NCBI GenBank assembly: GCA_951406725.2 | Contig: OX597816.1 | Location: 161,820,001-161,884,000 of the forward strand | Source: Octopus vulgaris | Taxonomy: Eukaryota | Length of the DNA stretch: 64,000 bases | Reading direction: 5' to 3' | Shown: piece by piece, positions 14,202 through 27,551 of the stretch | How positions within the stretch are numbered: position 1 is the first letter of the stretch | Layout of the letters: each line of letters opens with the position of its first letter | The notes under the pieces: model-generated | The model's input: the letters and a program-made list of their open reading frames with translations, nothing else | The model's database searches: none | Told to the model about the DNA's origin: nothing | Position numbers and translations under genes: made by a program

Positions 14202-15037
14202 TACATACATATATATGTGTATGTATGCGTACATACATACATGCATACGTACATATATACATACATACATACATACATACATGCATACACATATTATTCT
14301 TTCGACCCTTTCCTGTTTTCCGCTTTCATTCACTTATTTTATTCCTCTTCTTAACCTGCCTCGCTTTCTCTCTCTTTCTCTCTCCCCCTCTCTCTCTTCG
14401 TGTCTCTTCCCTCTCAGATATGTCCATATATCTGTCCATGTGTCTGTCTGTGTGCCTGTCTGCGTACATCTCTCTAGAACTTACAACACCGATACAGATA
14501 ACAACCCTGAATTATGGTTGATAGTTTTGTAACTGTTACATACCTATGTCGTCAACAGCAGCAACAACCACACTGTCATAGCAACAGCCGCATAACATCA
14601 ACAACAGGTATACAATACCTGCAAGAGCCTCACAACAGTAACAATAGTCACACAACACTCACAACAGCTACGCAACTGTAGCAATAGTGTCGCAACAGTC
14701 ACAACATGTTTTGCAAACAACTTGCTCATGCAAGTGCTACCAGTCGAGGGTTCCGCATACCGGAGCCAGCAAGTGTATGGGGTCATCAGGTGAGAATGCG
14801 TGCCGTTTTGAGGCCTCCCGACGGCATAAATGCCCCCCCCACCCTCACTGATATGAGGCCCCGCTTGCTACATCAACTGGTTGTCAAATAAAGCTCAATA
14901 TTCTTCTAGCCATCGCTCATCGTCTCCTTTACATAACCGAAACAATAGTTGCCCGACAATAACGACCATATAATGGTGACAATGACAACACCATCATAGG
15001 ATTTTGACAATAGCAAAGAAGTCGATGTGCTTGTGTG

Positions 15038-15112
<75 letters not shown>

Positions 15113-15152
15113 GAGAGAGTTGGTATGTGAAAGCACCTGGTTGGATGTATAA

Positions 15153-15335
15153 AAGACAGACAAGAGTGAAAAAACTACAGAAGGCTTGTGTTATATGGTT
15201 AAAGAATATATTTAAATCGTTATGTTAGACAAATGTTACGCAAAATTTTATAACATTTGTCTAACATAACGAATTAAATATACTCTTTAACCATATAACA
15301 CAAGCCTTCTGTGGGTTTTTTTCACTCTTTTTTGT

Positions 15336-15338
<3 letters not shown>
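15153..15338. repeat. Long imperfect inverted repeat (about 86-bp arms, 12-nt spacer) between (TA)n tracts
   Basis: 15153-15238 is the reverse complement of 15251-15338 with a few mismatches. Confidence 0.9.
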
Positions 15339-15381
<43 letters not shown>

Positions 15382-15383
<2 letters not shown>

Positions 15384-15654
15384 TAGGTGAATGAATTATC
15401 CTAGTATGGACAATTCGGTTAACCGATACCCGGGTAGCAAATTCACGTCAGAAAATTATCACTATGGACTCCATGTGGGCAGTCATCTAAAAGTTTTTGT
15501 TCGTCATGATGCTGACATAAGTTCCTTGTCTTTCCTGATGAGAAGGCGGCATAATGCACCCTTTATTCCTTCGGAATTAAGAATATGCAGTCTTCGAAAC
15601 ATATGTCGAGAGTAAAGGAATTTTGTTAAAATCGTCGTTCGACTCCATTCTTTC

Positions 15655-15660
<6 letters not shown>
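15382..15660 (+). mobile_element. Small hammerhead-bearing element in (TA)n (Penelope pLTR-like)
   Basis: (TA)n on both sides; 5' and 3' ends homologous to 40836-41083. Confidence 0.7.
15530..15612 (+). ncRNA. Type I hammerhead ribozyme
   Basis: CTTTC-CTGATGA-GAAGGC..GCATA...TATGC..GTCTTC-GAAA-CATATG-TC-GAGAG; all stems pair; GUC site. Confidence 0.85.
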
Positions 15661-15698
<38 letters not shown>

Positions 15699-15703
<5 letters not shown>

Positions 15704-15784
15704 ACGAGAGGATGATAACAGTACATACATTATATATATATATATATATATAATGTATGTACTGTTATCATCCTCTCGTCCTAT
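15699..15784. repeat. Perfect palindrome centred on (TA)n
   Basis: ATAGGACGAGAGGATGATAACAGTACATACAT-(TA)n-ATGTATGTACTGTTATCATCCTCTCGTCCTAT. Confidence 0.9.
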
Positions 15785-16377
15785 TTTTAGGATTGCATGA
15801 AGGCATCAGACGTGTTAAAAAATGCTGTTCTCATCTGAGCTGTTTTTATTGCATGAAACTAATAGTAGCTCATAGAAATATATATTGCGCTTATTAAATA
15901 GCACACACACACACACACAGGTATAAACGTCAGTTTGTTAGAAATAAATTTAATACCTACACAGATTAATATATTGGCTGTAAGCTCCTTTCAGGACTTC
16001 ATCCCTTATTGTACCTATAATTGCTCTTTCGTAGCGTGAAAGGCGTTTGAAGAGCTGATATCTTATATTGGAGCATTAGCTCAATTTCCGCTTGTTTATT
16101 AAGAATTTTCAAATGTCGTTTCAATCCTCCACACATCTAGCAGGGTTTTTTTGACAGACATTGCATTGAAACTAGTCAACCGGAATGTGATTCTATTAGT
16201 TCATGTATGCCATACCCATATAGGTATACTGATGCAATCTCATACCAGCGTGAGATATGCACAATTTTGTAAATAAAGAACAAGGAATGAGAGTCTCGCA
16301 ACACTATTGATGTACATTAGTATACTCTAATATACATGCGTACATTCATATATACATGCATTCATGCATACGCACAA

Positions 16378-16408
<31 letters not shown>

Positions 16409-16481
16409 CGAATGTTCGATAGGTGTAGAAAACAAGAGAGTTTGTTTAATTTTTTTTATTATAACATCATACACTACATAA

Positions 16482-16579
16482 TCTTTACACGTGTTTCAAC
16501 AGCGAATACCACTATGTTATGCAATAATCACTGCGTGAACGATTGCAGAGTAACTTCGAAATGTCAGATCTTCAGAAGA
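16482..16579 (-). ncRNA. Type I hammerhead motif with long irregular stem II
   Basis: TCTT-CTGAAGA-[CGAA/TTCG and TGCAAT/ATTGCA helices]-GAAA-CACGTG-TA-AAGA; base of stem II poorly paired. Confidence 0.55.
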
Positions 16580-17107
16580 AAATAGTAATTCATAATTATT
16601 TACCAGCATTAGTTGGTTGACTGTGTTAAGATAGAACATCAATACACGTACGAGCGCGTATATACACAGACACACACACAAACACACCGACACAGACACA
16701 GACACAGTCACACACACAGACACAGACACACAGACACAGACACACAGACACAGACACACACAGGCACATACACAGACACACATACAGACACAGACACACA
16801 TATGCATACATGTATGCAAACATACATTATTTTCTGATGTTTTGCATATACTGGGAATTTCTGAATAACAAGAAATCATCGGAAAAAATGAATACTAATA
16901 AATGCATTAAGCACTACTTATGACTTTATACCTAAACGATGCATTATTTCTCTATATAATTGATTTATACAGGAACAACAAATACATTTGGCCTATATTA
17001 TTTTCTGGAATTTTTACTAGCAGTATATTTTTGAAAGCTTTGAAATTAAATTTCAAAGAAGCAAATTCTTCGGACAATAGCTTTCGTGAATCAAGGCATA
17101 TTGCATA

Positions 17108-17210
17108 TAATATAATATTATACAATATAATATAATGTAATATAATATAATATATTATAATGTAATATAATATAATATAATATAATATAATATAATATAA
17201 TATAATATAA
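17108..17210. repeat. (TATAA)n pentanucleotide repeat
   Basis: Directly visible. Confidence 0.9.
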
Positions 17211-17530
17211 CTCCAACGAAAAGCAGCATAAACCATTAGAAATACTTTTACTTTCACAACAACAACAACGACAATAGTTCGTGCATTTGGGATTGTGAAT
17301 AATGATACAGACAAATGGTTGAGGGCAACTGGAATGGATTGTCCTGTGGAGTTTCAACAGAAAGTTTGCCTCTAAGGAACCGGAAAGATTATTAGAATTG
17401 GTTTTGAACATTTGGAAAATTATCGAAAGCTTGTGAATATGTAAGGTTACAGGTAGCAACCCGCTACTCACATAAATTTTATCAGGAATAAAACAAACTT
17501 GAGACAAGTCGAATAATAGTAATATTAATA

Positions 17531-18095
17531 ATCCTTTCTACTATAGGCAGAAGGCTTGAAATTTGTGGGAAGAGGTTTGTAGATTACATCAACCCCAGTT
17601 TTAAACTGGTACTTTATTTATCGACCCCGAATGGATGAAAAGCAAAGTCGGCCCGGCGGAATTTGAATTCAGAACATGAAGATGGATGAAATATTGCTAA
17701 ACATTTTTCTAGGCTTGCTAATGATTCTGCCAGCTCACCGCCATAATTACAACAACAACAATTATAATAATCATTCATTGGGACTTAATTTATTGACCCC
17801 GAAAAGAAGAAAGGCAAAGTCGACCTTGGCGGAACTTGAACTCGGCACGTAGCGGCAAACGAAATACCTATTCCTTTACTTCCTACAAGGGGCAAAACAC
17901 AGATGGGGACAAACAAGGACAGACAAACGGATTAAGTCGATTATATCGACCCCAGTGCATAACTGGTACTTAATTTATCGACCCAGAAAGGATGAAAGAC
18001 AAAGTCGACCTCGGCGGAATTTGAACTCAGAACGTAGAGGCAGACGCAAAACCGCAAAACATTTCACCCGGTGTGCTGACGATTCTGCCGGTGGC
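17531..18095 (-). mobile_element. Cluster of about three SINE family B units
   Basis: Repeated GACCCCGAAAGGATGAAAGGCAAAGTCGACC..GGAATTTGAACTC-like blocks. Confidence 0.85.
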
Positions 18096-18139
18096 CGACT
18101 TAAATACAATAATAATAATAATTATTATTATTTTTAGTT

Positions 18140-18700
18140 ACCGCTGGGACTCTAGTTGAGGGGACATTACAAGGACAGTTTACAATTTGTGTGGGAGTTA
18201 TCAAAGAAGTGAGGAAGAAAAGGAGAGGAAGGTGAATGAGATACAAATAAACAGAGTCTACAATATATTTAAAAACATCTTCGAAGCAGTCCTTCTCATA
18301 CAGGAAAATCTCCCTCTAGGGCCAACCAAGGAACCTCAGCAACCCGGTATCACCCTGACCATGAAGGACACACGCCTTCACCCGACTGTTGTTGTCCAAT
18401 CTACAGGCGCATGTTTGGAGTAAACATTTTTGCTACATTCACCCACTTTTCATGAGTTCGATGGCGGAAAGTATTTTCCTCACTACCCTCACTTTCTTTC
18501 TAAGTAGAATATAAAAAAGTCGATGAAGGATCAACCGAAAAGGAGAGTGTCTGATAATAATAATTTCACCATAAACCTAGAACGAGAATAATAAATATCG
18601 TTAATTCCAGATTTAATTATCTGTCCAGGAATAAAAATGGCGGAAAGGCTAAAGATCAGTTATGGAAAAAATAAGTCCATACAACCGCCTGTCCATAAAC
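18140..18700 (-). mobile_element. Decayed 3' end of an L1/Tx1-type LINE (ORF2 C-terminus plus 3' UTR)
   Basis: Minus strand with frameshifts reads FFIFYLERK/VRVVRKILSAIELMK/KWVNVAKM, then a UTR ending in an AAT tail; assigned by resemblance only. Confidence 0.4.
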
Positions 18701-19412
18701 ACACACACTCGCAAACACATAAATGCAGTCACACACACTCTCACACACACAATGCAAACATATAAATGCAAACACACACACACGCTAACACAAAAATGCA
18801 AACACACACAGGCTCACACACGCACACATGCAAACACATAAATGCAAGCACACACGCACACGCTAACACATAAATGCAAACGCACACACAATCACACACA
18901 CACACACACATAACTGCAAACAGACACACATGCAAACACATACATGCAAGCACACACTCACACACATAAATGCAAGCACACACACACGCGCTAACACATA
19001 AATGCAAAGACACACACACTCACATAAATGCACACACACACACACACACACAAACATAAGCAATTCATAAACAGAACTGTAGAATTTATTGATACTTAGA
19101 TATTCCTGTCCATCCGATACGAAGATGGAATCGATAATCAGTAAATGAACTCGAAAATATGATTAAGAGTTCTTGATGTAAAAATAGATTATCGAACAAT
19201 CTTTTATTCTTCCACTGGTTCCAGTTGTTGGGCTGCAACCATGCTGGAGCAGCTCCAACAAGGGAAAGAGTCAATCACATCGATCTCGGTACACGTTTTA
19301 GTCTGCTATTCATTTAATTGTAATTTTCGTATTGTGTGTATTTTGTGTGTAAGCGCTTTCCTTGTTCAACTTTCCAAACACGTGATCTGGGATAATCCGT
19401 ACAGGAAAGATT

Positions 19413-19646
19413 GCTTTTAGCAATGGCATCGAGTATTTCTGGTTTAGTTTCGGATTTAGAATTCTTATAAAATGTCTGTATGTTAGAGGCTCAGCAACCA
19501 TCTAAGGGATAGTAAATATCCAATATACGCTTTTAGTAATGACATCAAGTATTTCTGGTTTAGTTTCGGATTTAGAATTCTTATAAAATGTCTGTATAAG
19601 TTAGAGGTCCAGCAACCATCTAAGGGATAATAAATATCCAATATAC
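19413..19646. repeat. Tandem duplication, 2 x about 117 bp
   Basis: GCTTTTAG.AATG.CATC.AGTATTTCTGGTTTAGTTTCGGATTTAGAATTC at 19413 and 19529. Confidence 0.9.
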
Positions 19647-19800
19647 TACTGGATGTAGATTTGACAACCCTGTGATAGAAACAGCTGTAAGAGTTTGGTA
19701 TTTGTACACTCATTTATTCTTATTCGTTTATTTTTATTTATGTATTTATTTACTTATTTATTTGCTTATTTCATTCGTTTATTTGGATCACTTAGACATA

Positions 19801-20209
19801 GGCGCAGGAGTGGTTGTGTGGTAAGTAGCTTGCTAACCAACCACATGGTTCCGGGTTCAGTCCCACTGCGTGGCAACTTGGGCAAGTGTCTTCTGCTATA
19901 GCCCCGGGCCGACCAATGCCTTGTGAGTGGATTTGGTAGACGGAAACTGAAAGAAGCCCGTCGTATATATGTGTATATATATAAGTGTGTGTGTATATGT
20001 TTGTGTGTCTGTGTTTGTCCCCCTAGCATTGCTTGACAACCGATGCTGGTGTGTTTACGTCCCCGTCACTTAGCGGTTCGGCAAAAGAGACCGATAGAAT
20101 AAGTACTGGGCTTACAAAGAATAAGTCCCGGGGTCGATTTGCTCGACTAAAGGCGGTGCTCCAGCATGGCCGCAGGCAAATGACTGAAACAAGTAAAAGA
20201 GAAAAGAGA
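19801..20209 (+). mobile_element. Full-length tRNA-derived SINE family A (probably the abundant octopus OR-type SINE)
   Basis: GGCGCAGGAGTGG head with A/B boxes (GGGTTCAGTCCC), internal TA/TG microsatellite, AGTAAAAG tail; more than 10 copies in the window. Confidence 0.9.
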
Positions 20210-20557
20210 GATATGATTGTAATCAATTAATAAATAGATACAATTGAATGATTACAGGTTGATGTTTGTCGATTGTTTATCCCCTTCATTTTCTTATAAA
20301 CTTAGATAAACTTAGATATGTTTCGACCAAAGATTGGTCCAGGCCATGTCTAACTTAATAGCACCACCTGATAGGATTATAAGTCAAGTTTTGTTTATGG
20401 TCCATTCAAGTAGTGAGTACTTGTCGAGTGAGTTATATGCAAGTATGGGTGGCTTATCCGGTATTCCTTGAAGAAATCTGTCCAGACTCCGTTTAAAGTT
20501 GATGGGATCCTTTTCCTCTTTGATCTCTTTCGGGACAATGTTAAACAGGCCCTACCC

Positions 20558-20705
20558 TTTCCATCTACCAAATCCACTCACAAGGCTTTGGTCGGCCTCC
20601 CGTGGCTATAGTAGAAGGCACTTTCCCAAGGTATCATGCAGCGGGACTGAACCCGGAGCCATGTGGTTGGTAAGCAAGCTTCTTACCACACAGCCATACA
20701 GCGCC
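20558..20705 (-). mobile_element. SINE family A, 5' part
   Basis: Homology to 19801-19950. Confidence 0.8.
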
Positions 20706-21049
20706 TTTTTTGCAATTTGGTGGTTGTCTTCAGCTGTTGATGGTCAGTGATTCTTTAATTATTTATCGGAGATTCGATGACTAATGTAGAATTGGAAGGC
20801 TTCGTTTGGCCGAATGTAGGATGTTGTGGTTTCTAGGACTATGGGTGACAACAAATGGAATATTCATATTTGTGTCTTTGTTTCCACCGTCCACGTGAGT
20901 GTTTCTCCGTAAGGCAAAGGTTAGAGTTTCTTTTGCTTTGTTTAAGGCATGATATATTATGGTTTTATATTTTTGGTATTTTTGTTTCCGAAGGAATATG
21001 TTTAGTTCTACCAGCCGTGTCTCTCAATTATTTGAGCCTGTAACTATTG

Positions 21050-21252
21050 AGCAACATATCTTGCAGAATCATTAGCATGCTGGGCAAAATGCTTAGAGTC
21101 ATCTCGTCCATCTTTATGTTCTGAGCTCAAATTCCACCGAGATCGACTTTGCCTTTCGTCCTTTTGAGGTCGATAAAATAAGTACCAGTTGAACACTGGG
21201 GTCAATGTTTTTTGACTTATCCTCCGCTCCCCCGAAAATGTTTTGGACTTGA
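21050..21252 (+). mobile_element. SINE family B
   Basis: TCAAATTCCACCGAGATCGACTTTGCCTTTCGTCC..GTCGATAAAATAAGTACCAG. Confidence 0.8.
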
Positions 21253-22452
21253 TTCAAAGAACTCAATTGTTAAAGGGGAAGTGTTGTGGATGATCTTAAA
21301 AACCAGGTCTTCCTGTAAATTCGTTAGTTCCATTTCTGCAGTACTTTATTTTGTAACCAGAGGTTCGAAAATTGGTCAGCTACCACTGGCACCATCTATC
21401 ACATCAACCAGCAATGAATTTACATGAAAGCAGTTCTTGTAATTTATCTTTGCATTCTTCAAATTTGTGCTTTTTTTCTTTTAATTCAATATCAGGGAAT
21501 GAAGGAATGGATCTACTCTCCACCTGAGATCAGGAAAGTGATTACCATTTTTTTGATAATATTTCTTTGAAAAAACTCATTTTATTCTGAAAGCCGAAAA
21601 TTATTTAAAGCCAGAAATACAATCTGATCGTTTCCCTGGAGTGCCAAGTTGAGAATTCGTGAATGATTTATTCCATCAGTTAAGAATATCAGCTTTTGCA
21701 TCCATTCATCATTTTCCAACTGAGGAATATTTTCTTTAAGAAAAGTAATAATAGATTCCAAAAGATCCACAACCACATTCAAGACCCTGCTGGTTGACAG
21801 CCACCTTACAATGTCTTAGGTACTTCTCTGGGTTTATCTTCACGCTCCGGTTCATCCACAGAATTTCTGAAACGTCGATGGATCTTCTCAATTAAGCGGA
21901 TAAAGTTGAAAATTTGAAGAACTGCTTTCGTAACTAATTCATACTTGAAGTATCTGGCGGCCAGGTATTCAAAATAAATAATGCAATGAATTGGTAGAAA
22001 TTCTAGAAAACTGAGATCGCTTTTCATAAGTTTATTAAGCCTGATTTCTCCTCTCCACCTCATCATTATAAGTGTTCCATTTGTTGCAACACTTGATGAA
22101 TTTAATCAGTGAAACACCGACGTTTCTTAAGGCTCTGTTCGCTGCGTATTTAATGTTAACACTACGAGTTAGAAGTTATATTTAAGGAGATGGAACGGAC
22201 AAATGTAAACTTTAAACTTTTCAAGAGCAAATCTGAACGAAAGGGAATTCTTTAAATTATTTTGCACTTTGTCTGTAACATCAACCCTGATGTAGAAAAC
22301 ATGTGTTTCTGTAGCATTTCCAAGACAGTTACTTCTGCTATTAGTCGTTGAAGTTTTGTGTTTTGTAGATATAACGCAGCAGCAATTTCAGTCATATTCT
22401 TCTTATTAATTTCTCCATCAAAATAGAGACACGAACAATATTTCCCATCATA

Positions 22453-22628
22453 CATTATTTACATTATTTACATTCTCGGATATTTGTACTCATCTTGTTT
22501 GTTGTTAACACAACGTTTCGGCTGATATACCCTCCAGCCTTCTTCAGGTTTCTTGGGGAAATATCGAACCTGGGTTCTCATTCCTGAGGTATTCTTCGAT
22601 GTTGTTGTTGTTGTTGTTGTTATTATTA

Positions 22629-22704
<76 letters not shown>

Positions 22705-22896
22705 CATTATTATTATTATTATTGTTCAGATCACTGCTTGGAATCGAACTCAGAATCTTGGGGTTAGTAGCCCGCGCTCTTAACCACTACGCCACATGCC
22801 CGTTAACAACAAACAAGATGAGGACAAATTTCCGTCGAATGTAAATAATGTAAATAATGTACGTAATTCCTCATCTCTTAAATATAGAACTGTATA
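22453..22896 (-). mobile_element. tRNA-headed hammerhead-containing SINE-like element with inverted 3'-end copy and 10-bp TSD
   Basis: TSD TCCCATCATA at 22443-22452 and 22897-22906; tRNA-like head 22727-22801 (A box TGGCGTAGTGG, B box GAGTTCGATTCC); (AAT)n; hammerhead; 22802-22861 is an inverted copy of 22451-22509. Confidence 0.8.
22507..22552 (-). ncRNA. Minimal type I hammerhead (Penelope-type, loopless CG stem III)
   Basis: GAAAC-CTGAAGA-aGGCTG gagggtatat CAGCC-GAAA-CG-TT-GTGTT; one mismatch in stem I. Confidence 0.7.
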
Positions 22897-23176
22897 TCCC
22901 ATCATAGTTGAAAAAAAAAAAAAGAAAAATCTAGCTTCAGTCTTCTCTGTCGGTTTTCTTACTAAACATTGCCAGAGGTGTTTACTGGCTGTTTGGATAT
23001 AATTTTAACACATTTTAATTATTTTACCTTTATTATGACTAAGGTGTAAAATCAATCATGCAAAAAGTATTTCGCAATTTGCTTCATAGTAGCGTTTTAA
23101 GTTATCTTTGTGCTTATTGCTTTTGTAATGTAAATGTTATGTTAGCAAATAAATTAAAACCCCTGATTACTTTTGA

Positions 23177-23390
23177 TTACTCTTTACTTGTTTCAGTCAT
23201 TTGACTGTGGCCATGCTGGAGCACCGACTTTAGTCGAGCAAATCGACCCCCATGAATTATTCTTTGTAAGCCTAGTATTTATTCTATCGATCTCTTTTGC
23301 CGAACTACTAAGTTACGGGGATGTAAACACACCAACATCGGTTGTCAAGCGATGTTGGGGGGACAAACACAGAACACAAACACACAGACA

Positions 23391-23438
<48 letters not shown>

Positions 23439-23592
23439 TACATATATACATACATATGACGGGCTTCTTTCAATTTCCATCTACCAAATCCACTTACAAG
23501 GCTTTGGTCGGCCCGAGGCTATAGTAGAAGACACTTGCCCTGAACCCAGAACCATGTGACTGGTAAGCGATCTACTTACCACACAACCACTC
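23177..23592 (-). mobile_element. SINE family A
   Basis: Reverse complement of the family A consensus with an internal deletion. Confidence 0.85.
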
Positions 23593-24599
23593 AAATAATA
23601 TTTTACCAATGATTGCGTTTATGGAGATGGCGTGTGTGTGGTCGAGCTTAGATTAATTATCTAAATTATGCTACTTCTGGACGATTCCCATAGTGTACTA
23701 AAATCTTTAAATCCCAACAACTCTTGTTTTCACTTCTTCAACACTTCTCTGTATCTTTTGTTGACTTGAAATTTCTCTCAGCCCTCTGCGTCCGATCATT
23801 CTGTTCCTCACTACTGAAGAACAAAGCCTCATTAAGATCTAGTAACAAAATTAGTATTAAATTACTACACGTACATTAAACAATCTGACAGTAAAATACT
23901 GATGTCTATAATATTTATAATGCTTACAAAGACATGTAACGCTACTAGCTGTAATATTTTGTACCAGCGAAGCCTTTTCATTGCCTTGAAAACAAAGGCA
24001 AATACAGTCGACGTTCTAAGCTAAGCTGAAAATGCTTGTTCTAATATAGAAATCGGAGAACAAAGCGTTTATTATTTATGCAAAATGTAGCCAGATTAGA
24101 GTTTAAATTAATAAACGCATTTGATAGTCTTTAAATTCTTAAATTTGGAAATAACTAAATGTATTAAATGCTAGAGGCATAGAACAATTACAGTAAAAAA
24201 AACCTGAGTTTCTCGACAGCAATTTACTCAATATTCGCGATCATTCGTCAGCTGTTGTAAGTATTAAACATGATTGGAACACCCGACAGACGGTAGCGAG
24301 TATCAAATAGATCACTGTTGAGGAGAAACTCAGAGTTCTGAATATAAGTGTTCCATCTCTATATCATTTAATACAATGCTTCTGAAAATATCTGATGTGG
24401 CGTACCGGCAGTTTTTTTTACCAATGTAAATATTTCTTAGTAATATTAATTTATACTGGAAACAATATATATAATGGATGTAATAAAAGTTGACAATGTT
24501 TTTAATCTTATATTTATTTTGTAAACAAATAATACAATATTACATAAGCATTTTATAAGCATTTTATAATGTTACTTTCTTTTCGGGAAACTCGTCGCG

Positions 24600-24662
24600 T
24601 ACCGGTAGCTAATGGCTCGCAGACCGGCATCGGTCCCAAGACCACCACTTTGAATAGCAGTG
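24600..24662. mobile_element. Possible hAT-type transposon terminus
   Basis: CGGTCCCAAGACCACCACTTTGAATAGCAGTG resembles CAGTG.TACTCAAAGTG..GGTCC hAT/MITE ends; partner end not identified. Confidence 0.3.
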
Positions 24663-24667
24663 ATTTA

Positions 24668-24747
<80 letters not shown>

Positions 24748-24786
24748 ACTGTATATATATATACATATATATATATCCATACAATC

Positions 24787-24853
<67 letters not shown>

Positions 24854-25375
24854 AAACAAAGGCGTATTCAAATTTCCAGTTAAACTTCGATTAGATCTTT
24901 AATGCCCATGACCAGGCAATGAATGAACGCCACACTATCACAACACTTACCTTGTGCTGATGATAAACATATGGTCATGGATATTCAGGAGTTATCACTT
25001 TTTTTGTCTTGAAAATAAAAATTCCACTTGGCTGGGGAACAAATAATCGAACCCGCACCGCTTAGCTGCGCTTTGCCAGAATACCTCATGCAATACAATG
25101 TTGAACACCCAGTATAATGTATAATGTTGACATAGGATGACTGACTATGCATGCTGTCTACTGGACTCTGATCTAAGATCTGTAAGGAAGCATAACGTAG
25201 TAAGCACATGCACACATCTACACACATGTACATTCTACATGCATCTCTGCGTGTACGTATGCGCATATATATATATATATATATATGTGTTACTATTGTG
25301 CAGTTGGAGAAATTGCTATTGTATTGTGGTAATATGATAGATTTCCTGTAAGATGGCTGAACTGATTGTAATGTT

Positions 25376-25490
<115 letters not shown>

Positions 25491-25617
25491 TAAGTGTGTG
25501 TGTTTAAATATATAATATATATATATGAATATATATATATATATATATATGCATATATACGTTTGTATATATGTATAGATTGTATGTATATATATATATA
25601 TAGTATGTATATGTATA

Positions 25618-25687
<70 letters not shown>

Positions 25688-26320
25688 TGTATATACATAT
25701 AGTATGTATATATATATATGTTTATATATATATTTATGTATCTATATATATATATATTGTATGTACGTACCTCTCTCTCTCCCTCTCTTTCTATATGTAT
25801 GTATGTATGTATGTATGTATATAAGCACACACATATCCTCTTTATACAATACAATTTTACAGTTCCCCCTAGTAGTAATGTTGCTGTTATGCAATAGATT
25901 CCTTCTTACTTTTCTTCTCTTCTCTTCTATTATTTATTTCGATTCTCGAATCTTTTCATAAACGGTAGATAATCCGAAGTGAGTTGCTTTATCATGAACA
26001 AGTCTGAAAATGAAAGCTTGATCAACAAACACGCTGCTATGTTAGAATCCATTTCCCATGGACATTTCAAGACGTACATTAGATAACAATAGATGAATCG
26101 TTTTCAGTTTCCTACGATTTTTTTTTCGTCATTCCTATCGGAATCGGTAAGACTTTGCAACTACTGTATAATGAGTTAAACCAAGAATGTGTTTATACCC
26201 ATGGCAGAGTGCCAAATATGCTGCGAAACCAAGGAATTGGCGTTCAAACTCATGCATCATTATCTGAATACTTATTCATAAAAAGTATCTGTCTACCGAT
26301 TTAGTTGTGTAGTGGTCATA

Positions 26321-26484
<164 letters not shown>

Positions 26485-26602
26485 CTTACATATGCTCAAG
26501 TTCTCAAACTTTGATTGAATGTTCTACAGAACACGATTAGTACTTTATTAGGAGGTAACTGGAACTGCCATCACAAATAATATCTATATATTAACACAGG
26601 TT

Positions 26603-26878
26603 TACCTACCTACATGCCTACCTACCTACTTACCTACCTACCTACAAACCTACCTACCTACCTACCTACCTACCTACCTACCTACCTACCTACCTACCTA
26701 CCTACCTACTTACCTACCTACCTACATACCTACCTACCTACCTACCTACCTACCTACCTACCTACCTTCTACCTACCTACCTACCTACCTACCTACCTAC
26801 CTACCTACCTACCTACCTACCTACCTATCTCTACCTACCTACCAACCTACCTATCTATCTACCTACTAACTTACCTAT
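26603..26878. repeat. (CCTA)n microsatellite
   Basis: Directly visible. Confidence 0.95.
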
Positions 26879-27132
26879 TTATTTTCGTATCATGCAGCAG
26901 AAATTTCATTCGAAAGAAGAAACTGTTTACCGACAAAAAAAAAATTATATTTATAATAGCCATCTATGTATCATACTTAACGAATATACACCTTTGACAG
27001 TCACGATACTATGGACTTTGAGAAAAACTCTATCAGAGCGAAGAGAGCATTTCCCAGCATGCCCCACAAGAATGTCAAACACGTTTCGGTTTCCTTGAAT
27101 CTTTTCGATGATGTGTTGTCGTTAATCACATA

Positions 27133-27551
27133 GGCGCAGGAGTGGCTGTGTGGTAAGTAGCTTGCTAACCAACCACATGGTTCCGGGTTCAGTCCCACTG
27201 TGTGGCATCTTGGGCAAGTGTCTTCTGCTATAGCCCCGGGCCGACCAATGCCTTGTGAGTGGATTTGGTAGACGGAAACTGAAAGAAGCCTGTCGTATAT
27301 ATGTATATATATATTTATGTGTGTATGTTTGTGTGTCTGTGTTTGTCCCCTTAGCATTGCTTGACAACCGATGCTGGTGTGTTTACGTCCCCGTCACTTA
27401 GCGTTTCGGCCAAAGAGACCGATATAATAAGTACTGGGCTTACAAAGAATAAGTCCCGGGGTCGATTTGCTCGACTAAAAGGCGGTGCTCCAGCATGGCC
27501 GCAGTCAAATGACTGAAACAAGTAAAAGAGTAAAAGAGAAAGAGTAAAGAG
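27133..27551 (+). mobile_element. Full-length SINE family A
   Basis: Near-identical to 19801-20209. Confidence 0.9.

Larger units (their letters stand above)
21290..23150 (-). pseudogene. hAT (SPIN/Charlie/GTF2IRD2-like) transposase fossil, interrupted at 22453-22896
   Basis: Minus fragments NLKRYYEAN (about 23075-23105), IHCIIYFEYLAAR, VRWLSTSRVL, ENDEWMQKLIFLTD..LNLALQG; many stops and frameshifts. Confidence 0.8.

Noticed and set aside
15835-15872. TGAGC...GAAA-CTAATAG-TA-GCTCA half hammerhead (similar cases at 10905-10955, 16143-16180, 20312-20410, 29715-29755)
   Set aside because: CTGANGA core or stem II is missing; may be relics but cannot be supported
22727-22801. tRNA gene (and other tRNA-like heads)
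   Set aside because: Acceptor stem does not close properly, and it is embedded in a TSD-bounded element, so it is a SINE head
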